This document shows, piece after piece, positions 52,830-64,000 of a stretch of DNA of 64,000 bases. Position 1 is the first letter of the stretch, and each line of letters opens with the position of its first letter. Under the pieces are notes generated by a model. The model did not search any database, was not told the DNA's origin, and was given only the letters and a program-made list of their open reading frames with translations. Source of the DNA: Kondoa subrosea (lineage: Eukaryota); contig BCIN01000001.1 in assembly GCA_039545335.1 (NCBI GenBank), forward strand, positions 674,208 through 738,207. Direction: 5' to 3'. Made by a program: the position numbers and the translations under genes.

Positions 52830-55031
52830 CTACTGTTGAAGAAGCTGCTCCCAGACATCTCTACGCTTTTGAGGGCAGCCTGAACCAGTCTTCTTGCCAG
52901 AGAGACTGCGAGCAAAGCGCATAAAATGACGAGCTTCATCATGTTCATGTCCATGTTCATGGCCGTGATGAGGTCCGCCTTCGTGATGGTGAGGTGGAGG
53001 ATGAGCGAAAGGAGGTCGAATGATGCTGCCAATAACCTGTTGTCGCAAGATCAGGACTCTCTTACCAAAAACAAGGGAGAAGAACACACATGAACAGCCG
53101 CCTTGTATGCTACTGCATCGCTAACAGCTACATGCACGCGAGAACCAGGTACTTCGCTCTCTTGTCCAACCCACAGCTCACGTCTTACTGGTCCTCTGCC
53201 GAATCGACGTGATTCGTAGATATCGAGTGGAAGAGAAGTATCGTTGAACAAAGTCTTGAGCATCAAATGGCGGACTTTGATTTCTCCATCTCCAGGCCAC
53301 ATCTTATCGAATGGACGACGAAGACCAGCTTCTACCATTTCATCAATCGATTCGAAATCCCTCTCTGGCATGTTTTTGACATCTTCTTCGCCAATGAATT
53401 GGGTCTTGCTCTTGTCGCTGATAAAGTCAGAGAAGACCACTACCTCTGGAACGACATGATAGGCCAAGACTGCCTTGAGAACATGACGACCGAAAGGCGA
53501 AAAGAGGAAGGCATTAATCTTAGGTCCGAGTTTGCTATTGGTAGATGAGCAGCATACACAGCAGTCGCAGAGATAGACTTACAAGAAGGCCTGTGAGGAA
53601 AGAAGATTCACCTATCAGCGCATGTTCAAGGATGTATTGCCTCACTCACGCGATTAGATGGTGCAAAGACAGTAAACTCCTTGACCATAGGATGATCATG
53701 TTCTTTAACCAATTCGGTCAAGAGCTCAGTCACAAGGGGTGCGACTTCATCTTCATGACCTTGTCTAACCCAAGGTGAAAGAACTTCGTCAAGTTGAACT
53801 TTTTGCAGACCGCTGTCGCAACAACTTTGCTGTCAGCTTGTAAAAAGCTAGAAGATAAGGGCTACGAACGAAGTCAAGGTACTGAAGATGAATGGTACGA
53901 CAAAGAGATCTTCCAAGGGTGTGAGCGGAGGCAAAAGTGGTGCGCTCAAAAGATGTATGTAGCCGTTCTTGGCCTTGATAGTTGGACCACGAGCTACCGG
54001 TAATAATCAATGTCCGCTAATGTATATTGGGCATATCACTTACTGCGAGAGAAGAAGTTGAAAGTCAAATGCTTGTAGGGGAATAGATGAGGTTCAGATC
54101 GAATGCGAACGTCAGCCAAAGAAGAAGCGATAGTAGCGTTGTTGACCAAGTCGGCTGCAGCATAGGCTCCGCTGTCGACCAAATGGTAGCGTAGGATCAA
54201 AGTACTAAAGTCGCTTTTATTTAGCTGTCAGAGATAGATTGTACAGAAGAGCATACACAATTTTGAGGAACTTCTCTTTGCGTTCAGCTCTTTTATCATC
54301 GTCTTCATCAGTGTTGTCAAGAAGAGCTGATAACATGTGAGGTGAAGTCATAGGGTGACGTTTTGTTTCAGCAGCCAAAGCGTGCTCGCCGTCTTCCAAG
54401 TGATGTGGTGGTCCATCATGCTCGTGTCCTGAACCTCTGTGATCATGATCTGGGCCATGCTCGTGATCGTGATGAGGTGGTCCATGATGAGGTGGCTCGT
54501 GATGAGGCGGCCCTCGATGAGAAGGAGGAGTCAAAGATTCATCATCAGGAGCCAAGAGAGTGACGTGAGCGTTTTCATCAGCGATCGAATCTTTGAAAGG
54601 TGATTCGTTGCTAATGTTGACAAACTGCGCAAATATTCGGAACGTGAGAATCGATCTTCCGCATTCAAAGATGACAACTTACAAATGCCAACTTCTTTAA
54701 TGGTGGATACTTAGGTGGACCATCTCTTGGATCATGAGGTGGAGAGTGCAAGCTTCCATTGAGAATTTGAGCGATCTGACAAAGCGAATCAGCATTTTGG
54801 CCAACACACAATATGCTTACCTACAGTCAAATCAGTCATGTCAATCTCTTTAGGACCATGACCGAGAGGGAAACCCTTTCTCCAGCGAGGTAGAGAAAGT
54901 AGATCGTCAGCATCTTCGCCGACAAGCTTTCGAGCAGGTGCTGGTGCTTCTTTGTCTTTTGAGAAAGTGAGCTGTGTTGGCCAGGCCGATACCAGCCCAA
55001 GAGAGGCAAGAAGTACTAAAGAAGCCTTCAT
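52830..55031 (-). CDS. Secreted fasciclin (FAS1)-like protein with His/Pro-rich inserts
   Basis: Signal peptide MKASLVLLASLGLVSA; TLLAPDDESL (FAS1 H1-like), LRYHLV/MAYHVVP, DAVAYKAAVHV (H2-like); His-rich tracts. Confidence 0.65.
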
Positions 55032-55371
55032 GGTTTCTGTGCAATAGACGACAATGAGTTTCGATGATTATATACTCGGCCGGATAACTGGGAATTGCGC
55101 AGCAAGGGAGTCGCGGCAAAGAGATGATTGGGTTGCACGTTACGCCAACGAAGAGCGCATTACGCTGCACAGCAACGGCAAAAGGGCAAAGGGAAGAGCA
55201 GTGTATCGATGTCATGCTGACTTGCTATTCATTGTCGATGCGACATGGTATATCAACACGGCGCCATCGAGCTCGGTATACATAGTCAGAGATCGTGAGT
55301 CTACTCACATCCAGATAGCTAGTTCGGGAGATCGCTGATCCAGTCCAACATGCGTTCATGATTATTTCAGC

Positions 55372-55515
55372 ATGCTCTTTCTTTCCCGAACGGTCGCCCC
55401 CGGGACCTGAGCAATGGATTCTCGTGGACCATCAGACAGGATCAGCAAGGGGGAGTGACATAACGCTGCTCTACTTTCGGGTTCTGTTTTTACTGTATCT
55501 CTATTTGGCACAAAG
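55372..55515 (+). ncRNA. Candidate box H/ACA RNA inside a putative intron (55295-55542) of a non-coding host
   Basis: Hairpin closed by 55373-55381/55449-55457, box H ACATAA at 55458-55463, second hairpin closed by GCTG/TGGC, ACA at 55510-55512 plus 3 nt. GTGAGT donor upstream and TTCCAG acceptor downstream. Confidence 0.5.
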
Positions 55516-56228
55516 CTTGCAGCTATTGCGCGCGATTTCCAGCTTGTCGACAGATTACTGCTGTTCGAACTCGCTTTGATTGATGGTTGCAACTATCAAA
55601 TGAGCGGATGAAGAACATGATTTAACCAGCGAGAAATTAAAATGGCAAGAGTACAGTTCATGCTGCATAGAGAAATCGATCTAGTTTAGCGAACACGGAG
55701 TGGTTCAGCCGCGGGAAGAAAGCGATGTGCCTTGTGGTGTTTGAAAGGGCGAAGAAACGTTAGAAATAGAAATGTAGATCTCGTCTGTCGAAACGTTTGT
55801 ACAGCAATGGGAGAATTGTATTTCGCTTGAGCTCAAGCTTGCATCATACTGCGTCCACTACGAATTCGTACCTGGAGTGTGTATTGATTAGTACAAAGAT
55901 TGAACAGAAACGAGTAGTCCGGCACTTCGGGCAGGAGAGAGAAGAAGAAGAGAGAACAGGACACCTGGGAGAGGACAGAGATGGGTCTTTACGGTCATTG
56001 AGACCAACTGTAGATCAGGTGTTGAAGAGCAAGAAATATCAACGTTATGATCTCAACGAAATTCAGAGACAATGTTATATTCGAGAAGAGTGTGATGCTG
56101 CATTACTACAGAAGTATACTCAGCCGATACATGAGCAGATTAGAAAGAACTCACAATAGTATACATAGCTATAGACAGATGACGAGAACACATGCGGTTT
56201 ACAGGTTGTACAGAACAAGTTTGCTTTG

Positions 56229-56711
56229 TTACCGGACGACTTTCTCGAGGAGATCCTTCGCTTCGTTGATTCTATGGCAAGCGATTAATGATGCAACAGG
56301 TGCGAAAGGCTGATGACCTACTTCGATGCCATGTAAGGTGAACCACCTCGATCTGGGTGGTTTGCCAGCATAATCTTTCTATGCGCATCTTTCACTCTCT
56401 TCGGTGTAAGTTGTGAGTCTCTGAGCATTACAAGTCAGCAACCCGCTAAGATCGGCATAGCCAGAAAAAAAAGCTGACCTCAGACCCAAGATCTGACTGG
56501 CTTCCCTTTTGTCCATCTTTCCTTGAAATCCACCAACATCCCAATGACCGCCTAGCGCACCACTTGGTCCTGAACCTGGCGTTACTTTGCCTGCAATCAT
56601 AGCTTGCCATGGGGGAAGTACTTTGCCGCTTCTCGCTGCTTGCCTGAGTGAAGTTCTGACGAATATGGCTGCTGAGGCTGCTGCTATTCCACCAACGATG
56701 AGACCGGCCAT
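56229..56711 (-). CDS. PAM18: Mitochondrial import motor J-protein Pam18/Tim14
   Basis: [47 protein letters not shown]. Confidence 0.93.
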
Positions 56712-57138
56712 GTTATGTAAAGGATTGGTCGACGTTTGTAGGGAGAGGATTTATACTTAGCCAAAATTTCATAGACTTTCGTTCTCAACGCTGAACTTCC
56801 CGCTTGTTCTGTTGCCATCAACACGAAACTGCTACAGGCAAGCCAGGACTACGCTGGTCTGCCGTCAGCCTACAGAGCTTGCCCGCCAACCTGTCTCTCA
56901 GTCACGGCTTCCAAGGCACGCACGCTCCTGCGCACAAAACACAAGAAATATAAACAAGCGATCGCTATTCAATTGTCAAAAGGTGTCTTGCGCCGCTGAC
57001 TGGCGAGCTGACTAGCTACACATCTATCTGACTCACCCTGCGCGCCCTCGGCTGGCCTCTAGGTCATTGCAATTCCAACTAAACGTTCTTTTTTCAGCCT
57101 TCTCCTCTGCATTACTTCTTGCTCGACGCACTTGCATC

Positions 57139-58731
57139 ATGGACACTCTCTCACCTTTCTCTCATCAGCACGATCCAAACGTAGCGCTATACTCAACGGA
57201 CCCATCTTCAGATCATATGTTGTCCTCAAGTAATCAATGGCTCACTTCAGGCTTGGATACCTCTCAATCAGACTACAACGCCATGTCAGCTTACGCTGCA
57301 CACAATTCATCTCAACAACCTCGACATTTACCTGCTTACATTTCTGGTTCTGAATTACATGGTTCACCTTCTTCTTCTTCTACTTCCTCCTCACTCATCA
57401 CAGCTTCTTTACCAATGCTTAACTCGCCCGTCAAACGATCAAGAGAAGAAGATCATCAATCTCTACTGCATTCAAACGGTATCAATCCAAGTGAAGTAGA
57501 TTTCGGTGGGAATTATACTTATCTCGATTCTGCTTCTGCTCAATCATCAACTTATCCACCAACAACAACTAGTAGGACTTCTTCTTCCAATTCAAATGGA
57601 GGTGGAGGAATACATAATAATGGTAGTCTAAGTGAAGATGAAGGTGATTTCTTTGGTACTGCTGGGGATTTCAATGAAACGGATGCTGGTCCAATGGAAG
57701 AAGGTGAACAAGTTTTAAGACTCAATACTACTGCTTCTTCTTCTACCAATCCTTCTTCAATTATATCACCTCCTTCTATCTCATCATCTTCTTCTTCTAA
57801 AGCAAAGAAAAGGACCGTTAGTACGACGATGAAAGCGGAAATGAATAAAGCAGAACAGAAATTGTTGGCTGAAGCAAGTCCGGACGAAGATGGGAAAGCT
57901 AGTGGAAGGAAAAAGATTCAGATCGAATTCATTCAGGATAAAAGTAGGAGGCATATTACCTTTTCAAAGCGGAAAGCTGGGATTATGAAGAAGGTCAGTT
58001 GGACGGACTTCCTACTTCAGTGTCGAGAGCTGATGGAAAGTTTCCATATCTGACAGGCTTATGAGTTGTCGACCTTGACTGGAACTCAAGTACTGCTTCT
58101 TGTTGTGTCTGAAACGGGAACTGTTTTCAGTGAGTAGCGGAAGGGCTTGTGCAAACTGATTTGCTTAGAACTCTTTGTCTGTTCACAGCCTATACTACAA
58201 GCAAGTTAGAACCTCTGGTATCGGAAGAAGCAGGGAAAGCGCTCATTAGGCAGTGTCTCGTAAGCCTGGCCTGGACTTTATGCTTCTTCCACTTACACAT
58301 ATTTTTCGCGCGCAGGAAACGCCCGATGCCGATGCCTCATCTCAACGAGAACCAAAGCATGGAGGTCACGTAGCACTGAAAACGAATGGGAAAAACAACA
58401 ACAATGCCAGTGCTAGTGCATCAGCAGCAACGATAGCTAAAAGACCTTCCGCTGGGAATTTGCGAGCGAGAAGATCAGCTGCAAATCTTCGAAACAATGC
58501 TCAACAACAACAGCAACAGCAACAACCGCCGGCGATGCCTTCTTTAGCGCAACAACAGATAGCTATGGATCAGCAGAATGAGCAACATCGGATGCAGAGT
58601 ACGTTTTTCGTTTTTTTCCGATAGATATATATCTGACGCGGTTTGCAATAGTGCAACAACAAGATTATTATTATGCTCACCAAGCGCATCACAATGGATA
58701 TCAGAATAGTGGCGAATATGTTCGATCGTGA
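57139..58731 (+). CDS. MCM1: SRF-type MADS-box transcription factor (Mcm1)
   Basis: GRKKIQIEFIQDKSRRHITFSKRKAGIMKK-AYELSTLTGTQVLLLVVSETG; Gln-rich tail. Confidence 0.93.
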
Positions 58732-58895
58732 TGAAGAAGGAAGAAGGGATTGTCGGAGGTCTGTTGTGATGGATGGCGGTTCTCTCTATCGTGTGCTCAG
58801 GTTGTACATTTATTTACATATTCATAGTCTTTGCGCAGTGTTTGTAATTTCCTCATTTTCTTGTTTCTTGATCTACTACCAACTATTACAAAGCA

Positions 58896-60031
58896 ATGTT
58901 GGATCTTTGCATTACGTGTTCTTCGGATCCTTACACTAGTAGCAAATCAGAAAAGAGCGAGAAACCTACTCTGCCTTTCACTACCCCTTGCTGCTCTCGG
59001 TCCATTTGTGCAACTTGCTTGTCGAGAAATCCTCGGCTTAGGGATTATTGCGTGCTTTGCTCAAGAGCGATTGAAGCTACTTCAGCTTCTGGATCTACCA
59101 CACCTAGCAATAGAGAGCAACAATTCGTGATTGGCGATTCTGACGATGACGATGATTTGGAGGCTCAAGAGGAGTTGCCTGCTTATGATGCTGTAAACAA
59201 CGAAGGAAAGATAGTGATTGTGTCTGATGAGAAAGGGGAGAAAGAGAGGGAAAGCGGCTTGACTGCTATTCATTACATTCAACCTTCGGATACTTTGCAA
59301 GGCATTGCTTTGAGTTATAATTTGCAGGTGAGTCAGGCTGACTGTCGTGCTGCTCCGAATGCAGCTTATGGTCGCGCCTTTGTCACAGCCTCGGCTACTG
59401 GTACAGCAGAATAAGCTACCTTCTGCTATCTTATCTACTCAACCTTCTCTACTTCACACTCGAACTTTCTTGGTCTTGCCTCGTAAGCTGCTTCGCTCTG
59501 ATGTATATCCATGCTAGATGTGTATGGTTGCTTACAGCCGGCTGCAAACCTTCTGTTTCGCCTGTACCAATTCGAGATGAAGCAGAAGAACGTCGTCGAT
59601 TGCTCGTTCGCAACTTTCAGATGAAAACCAAATGTACAGACCCAAAGGTAGGCGTTAATGCGTTCACGTAGTAGTTCTCTACTTATTACTATCGGTGTGT
59701 CGACAGGTGGCCAATTTTTACATCAACCAAGTCTACGAAACTCGAGCGAAAGAAGCCGAATGCATTCGTGCTAACCGAGTAGCGAGAGGTCAAGCTGTAT
59801 TGGATGAGACTGAGCTCGTTCGAGGCGGAGAATTAGAAGAGTGGGTCGGGAAGAAGTGTCTTCAGCATAAGGCTGATATATTCTTTTTCCCCCTCCCACA
59901 GTGCCACCGAAGCGTACGATACTGACTTACAATGGGAGGCTAAAGAAAGCAACAAGAAGGGCAAGTTCACAGCCCACTTTCGCGGCATGTCAGAACTCAA
60001 CAGTGAGAACCTTCGGCGCAGACTGTTATAG
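58896..60031 (+). CDS. Intracellular LysM-domain protein with an N-terminal Cys-rich (RING-like) motif
   Basis: CITC...TPCCSRSICATC...YCVLC; HYIQPSDTLQGIALSYNL (LysM); no signal peptide. Confidence 0.7.
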
Positions 60032-60115
60032 ATGTATATGAATGTTGTCTTTGTTTATGTAGTAGCATGCTTCTCTCTCTCATATAAAGTTTGTACTTCA
60101 TTTATTGCATTTGTA

Positions 60116-62618
60116 TCACTGTACAGTGTCATCTACTTGCATGTCCGCTCCTACTTTGGCAGCTTCCATGACTTCTGTCCTCCGAACCAATTCGCTATCT
60201 ACCGGAAGACTCTCGCTTGGCTTGACTGCCTCGCCGTCATCCACTGTATCGACCTTTTCCGTTTGAGTTGCGTTAGTAGAGTCTTTCTTCTTGCCTTGAT
60301 ATGATATAGCTTTACGTTGCGGACCCCAGTTCTCTTGTGGATTCTCTTGGAAACGAACGATCTTGACATCTTTGAGCATAGCAGCATCCGATTTTGGATG
60401 ATTAGAGAAATCAGCTGTCAACCTGTTTGTGAAACGTGCTGTACGATCAACTTTCACACTGATTGTGCAAGCAAGCCCACAAACGTTGCTTCTTTGGCCA
60501 GCATCACACGAGCAGGTGAACCTTCCTTCACATTAGCCATTTTCACTGGTCTACCGTCTGCGATGTAACTGCGTATGATATCGTGCAAAACTGATCGAGG
60601 CGCATCAGTCTTGATACCTCCTGCTAGAGCATGAGTCGCTGAAGCTGAATAGCCGGCATTGAGAATAGCGTTACTGTTCGTTGCCGCTGTGTTTAGTCCT
60701 CGGCAAAAGAGAGCCGAAAAGAAGGACTAACACCATGACTTTTTGCGATGGTGCTTGAGAATGCAGGTTGCCCGCTACTTTCGATTGCGTGAAGTAGAAA
60801 GGAGCAGTCAATTCCTATGTGCCAAGACATTCGGGCATGAGCTCTTTTATCAAGCAACATGTGATTGATTGAACACACCGCTTGAGCAATAGCGCACATG
60901 CCTAATATCCTCGTTTGAGTCTTGTACATCGCATCACCACTTTTGACATGTTCAATCATTTTGCCAACGAAATCTCGATCATGCAAGGGACCACTGTAGA
61001 GCGGTCCTCCAAGATGAAAACTACTGCCACACTCTTCACATTTCTTATCCGCTGGCGGTCCAGAATTGGTATGGTAATTCAAGATGACTTGATCTTTCTT
61101 GGATGTCTTTTCGCTCATTCGACCGATCGGTTGCAAATGCGTATTTTGGCAGTAATGACAGATATAGACTGTTGAGGTATTTCTGAGAGTATTCTAATCA
61201 GTACGCAACATGACGTTGTAAAAGCAAAGGGGAACAAACGTCATGGCTTTTTTCACTTCAACCGGCGCTGTGTACACTCTGATGAACAGGCGAACATAGA
61301 AATCGATTGACAAGCAAAGTTGAGGTTTCTTCAGATCATTTCAGCTTGTACAGATCATATCTGATAAGGCTGCTTACGATGTGTCGGCCATAGCGAGCGG
61401 CTGAAGTCTGAATGGCATGCAGTACAAGCCGAAGAGCCTGTCAAAAGATTGTCAGCTAGAACTTCAAAGCAACAGCGACAGACATACTCCCTCATGCATG
61501 AATTCTGCCTTAAGAGGCGTCCCACCGTAATTCGAAAAGCTGTGCAATGGGATTGTTTGCAAAGCTTATAAAAGCATCGAAACAGCCCACGCACCATTTC
61601 TCTGGATAATTTGAGCCGGCCAGCACAGCCAAATCCGTACAAGTCACGCAAAGCAGTCCTGCACCGTCGATGAGCTGTGATAGCATTAATGAAATCATTC
61701 ACTAACCACCATCGTTGATACTCTGCACAGCAGCATCTATAAAAGGTGCAGCGGTTCCATAAGGATCCAAATCGACCACATCGAATCTCAAAGCATCCGT
61801 TCGATGATTGTACATGACTGTTGAACAATCTCCTTCGTTGACTCTGATTTTGGATGGTATTGTACCAGCAGGGAGTGGTTTAGATTCGGCTGATCCATCT
61901 GTCAGATCGTTCAAGGCTATATTCTCTTTCATGCTTGTTATTGCTGAGCGAGACAAATCGTTTGCAAGCACCCATCTGTAGGTGGAACGAAACCTTGAGC
62001 TCAAACATGGCACCATTTAATTATATACCTACCGTAGAAGTGGCAGCTCCAATGCGTACCGAATAGATCGCAGACCTGATGCAGCGAGAGCTTCGAAGCA
62101 TGTAAATTTGTAAGGATCCGGTCTTCTTGGTTGCGATGGCGCTTCCTCGACAGTCTGTGAGTCAGTGAGCATTAAATACACTAATGAAGTGAATCAAAGG
62201 ATCAGCTTACCTCAACTGCGGCATCTTCCGGTTGCTGCATCACTCCAACAGCTTGACCATCTTCACCCTTCCTTCGCTTGCCGCTTCTGCCAGTACCGTT
62301 CAGACCTTTTGCAGCCCTTCTCGCCTGTTTCTTTTCCCATGCATCTGCTTTCTCTTTGGCAAATATTTCAGACCAAGTCCTAATAGCGACAATTGATAGA
62401 TCTCTGTTGAATTCTTGCACAGGATTCAAGAAGACATTCTTAGGTCCAGTACTACTAGTACTTGTACTTCCAGCATCAGCAGCAGCATCAACAGGAGGAG
62501 CTTTGTTTGAGGTAGATGCAACTGGAACATAGATTTTTGCTGCTCCTTCGCTGTGAATGGCCATTTCGGTAGACATGCTTCTAAGTATTATACGCCTTAT
62601 GCTAGGCTTCAAGAGCAT
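60116..62618 (-). CDS. TRM1: tRNA (guanine26-N2)-dimethyltransferase
   Basis: VFLNPVQEFNRDLSI, FEALAASGLRSIRYALE, FDVVDLDPYGTAAPFIDAAVQ, FQENPQENWGP. Confidence 0.95.
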
Positions 62619-62761
62619 GCACTGCTAGCAGGATTATCTCGATCAAGGTATAATCCGACGTTTGATTCCAAGCAATAATAGTAGCAATGCCAGCTTGACC
62701 TGTCACGTCCAGCCCGATACACAGATTCGTTGTTTCTTCTGTTCTAGGGTAGTCTACAACA

Positions 62762-64000
62762 ATGACTGCTCCTTCTTCCGCTGAGCTCGAGCGACAACCT
62801 CTGCTGCTGCCTGTCAAAGCAATTTCTACAACTCCCTTACCTAAACTCCAACTCTCTATACTACTTTACATGCGCTTAGCTGAACCGATAGCCTTTCATG
62901 TTATGTAGCTTTTTATCTTCTCTTCTTCAAAATCTTCTTCGTCTAAAGAGCTCTCTCGTCAGATTTCCTTTTATCAATCAAATGATCGAAGATCTAGGCA
63001 TCGCTGAGCCTGAAAACGTTGGTTACTACTCAGGCTTCATCGAATCCAGTTTCGCGCTAGCACAATTCGTTTCCAGTATGCTGCTTCGCAATGAACTTCC
63101 ACTAGCTTAGGGCTGATATAATATGTTAGTACTGCAATGGGGAAGACTCAGTGATAGGATAGGTAGAAGACCTGTTCTGTTGACTGGACTACTAGGTGTC
63201 TTCTTCTCCGTCTTTTCGTTTGGCTTTGCAAGATCTTTGTGGGCTATGATCGCAGCTAGATGTTTGGCTGGATTCCTGAGTACGTCCTTTCACTGTTCAG
63301 AACAGAACTGAACTCATGAGACTCTAGATGGAAATGCTGGTCAGCTGACGATGCTAAGCTTATTGTTCAACTTTTTAGCTAATAACAGAGCAGGCGTAAT
63401 CAAATCTGCTTTCGGAGAAATTACAGATGCAACAAATGAAGGCTACGCTTTCGCTATCTTACCTCTCACATGGGCAATCGGCTCTGCCATCGGATTATTT
63501 CTTGGTGGAAATTTAGCCCACGCTGCAAGACGTTTTCCCGATCTATTTGGCCAAAGCTCTATCATTCAAGCATATCCTTACATGTTGCCATGCTTCGTAT
63601 CATCGTTGTTTCCACTTTCAGCAGCTATACTAGGTTATTTTTTCCTAAAAGAAGTTGGTCTTCTCATTCCATTGCGTACCAACGAGAGCTAATCTTATTG
63701 CCAGACATTGCAATTGCAGAAGCAAAAGCAACCCGATTCGACACTGGAATCAGCTCCGCTTCTACCTTCCGAATCTGAAGTGCCTCCAACTCTACTTTCA
63801 CTTGTCAAACATCGAAAGATTCTAGCTGTTCTCCTCAATTACTCGATACTTGCACTCTTCACGATGGCTTTAGCAACAATCATTCCTCTTTTCTCCTATA
63901 CACCTAAACAACATGGTGGATTAGGTATGCCGAGAATGCACCTTTAGCGGTGCAATGCATTCACTCATTTGGATGATTTCAGGTTTCGATCCTAGTGAGA
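62762..64000 (+). CDS. MFS transporter (DHA/tetracycline-resistance-like), runs off the window end
   Basis: TPLPKLQL, FPFINQMI, VGYYSGFIES, WGRLSDRIGRRPVLL (MFS motif A), EITDATN, YPYMLPC. Confidence 0.9.

Noticed and set aside
55322..55446. HDV-like ribozyme (P1 followed by GG, crossed P2)
   Set aside because: The segment where P3/L3 should be is ~39 nt and lacks the short P3 with CC for P1.1, and J4/2 does not fit.

Overview
Compact, intron-rich fungal nuclear DNA, most likely a basidiomycete (short ~45-65 nt GT-AG introns, micro-exons). It holds about 27 protein-coding genes, mostly housekeeping: thymidylate synthase, Bud6/Aip3, Snu114, PA2G4/Cdb4, ATP synthase g, a GH17-like protein, a WLM protease, SCOC, a CENP-B-type HTH protein, SRAP/HMCES, XPB, nitrilase, GNAT, ZNF207, MoaA/MoaC, Sec14, an SDR, two alpha/beta hydrolases, a CASTOR-like protein, Nop15, a fasciclin, Pam18, Mcm1, a LysM protein, Trm1 and an MFS transporter. 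The most striking signal is non-coding. Both tRNA genes I found, tRNA-Leu(CAA) at 24-176 (-) and a tRNA-Gly(CCC)-like gene at 51480-51616 (+), carry an ordinary anticodon-loop intron plus a second ~50-nt insertion in the D-arm. That insertion has GT...AG ends and the size of this genome's mRNA introns, so these look like spliceosomal introns inside tRNA genes. Just upstream of the Gly gene are a 5'-truncated CRE-clade (RT + restriction-like endonuclease) retrotransposon flanked by a perfect 71-bp direct repeat and a probable solo LTR. The repeat itself resembles a tRNA 5' end with a GT-AG intron. Other points: a MOCS1-style stop-codon/alternative-donor arrangement between MoaA and MoaC, and a candidate intronic H/ACA RNA with a pseudoknot. 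All gene boundaries were read by eye and no database search was run.
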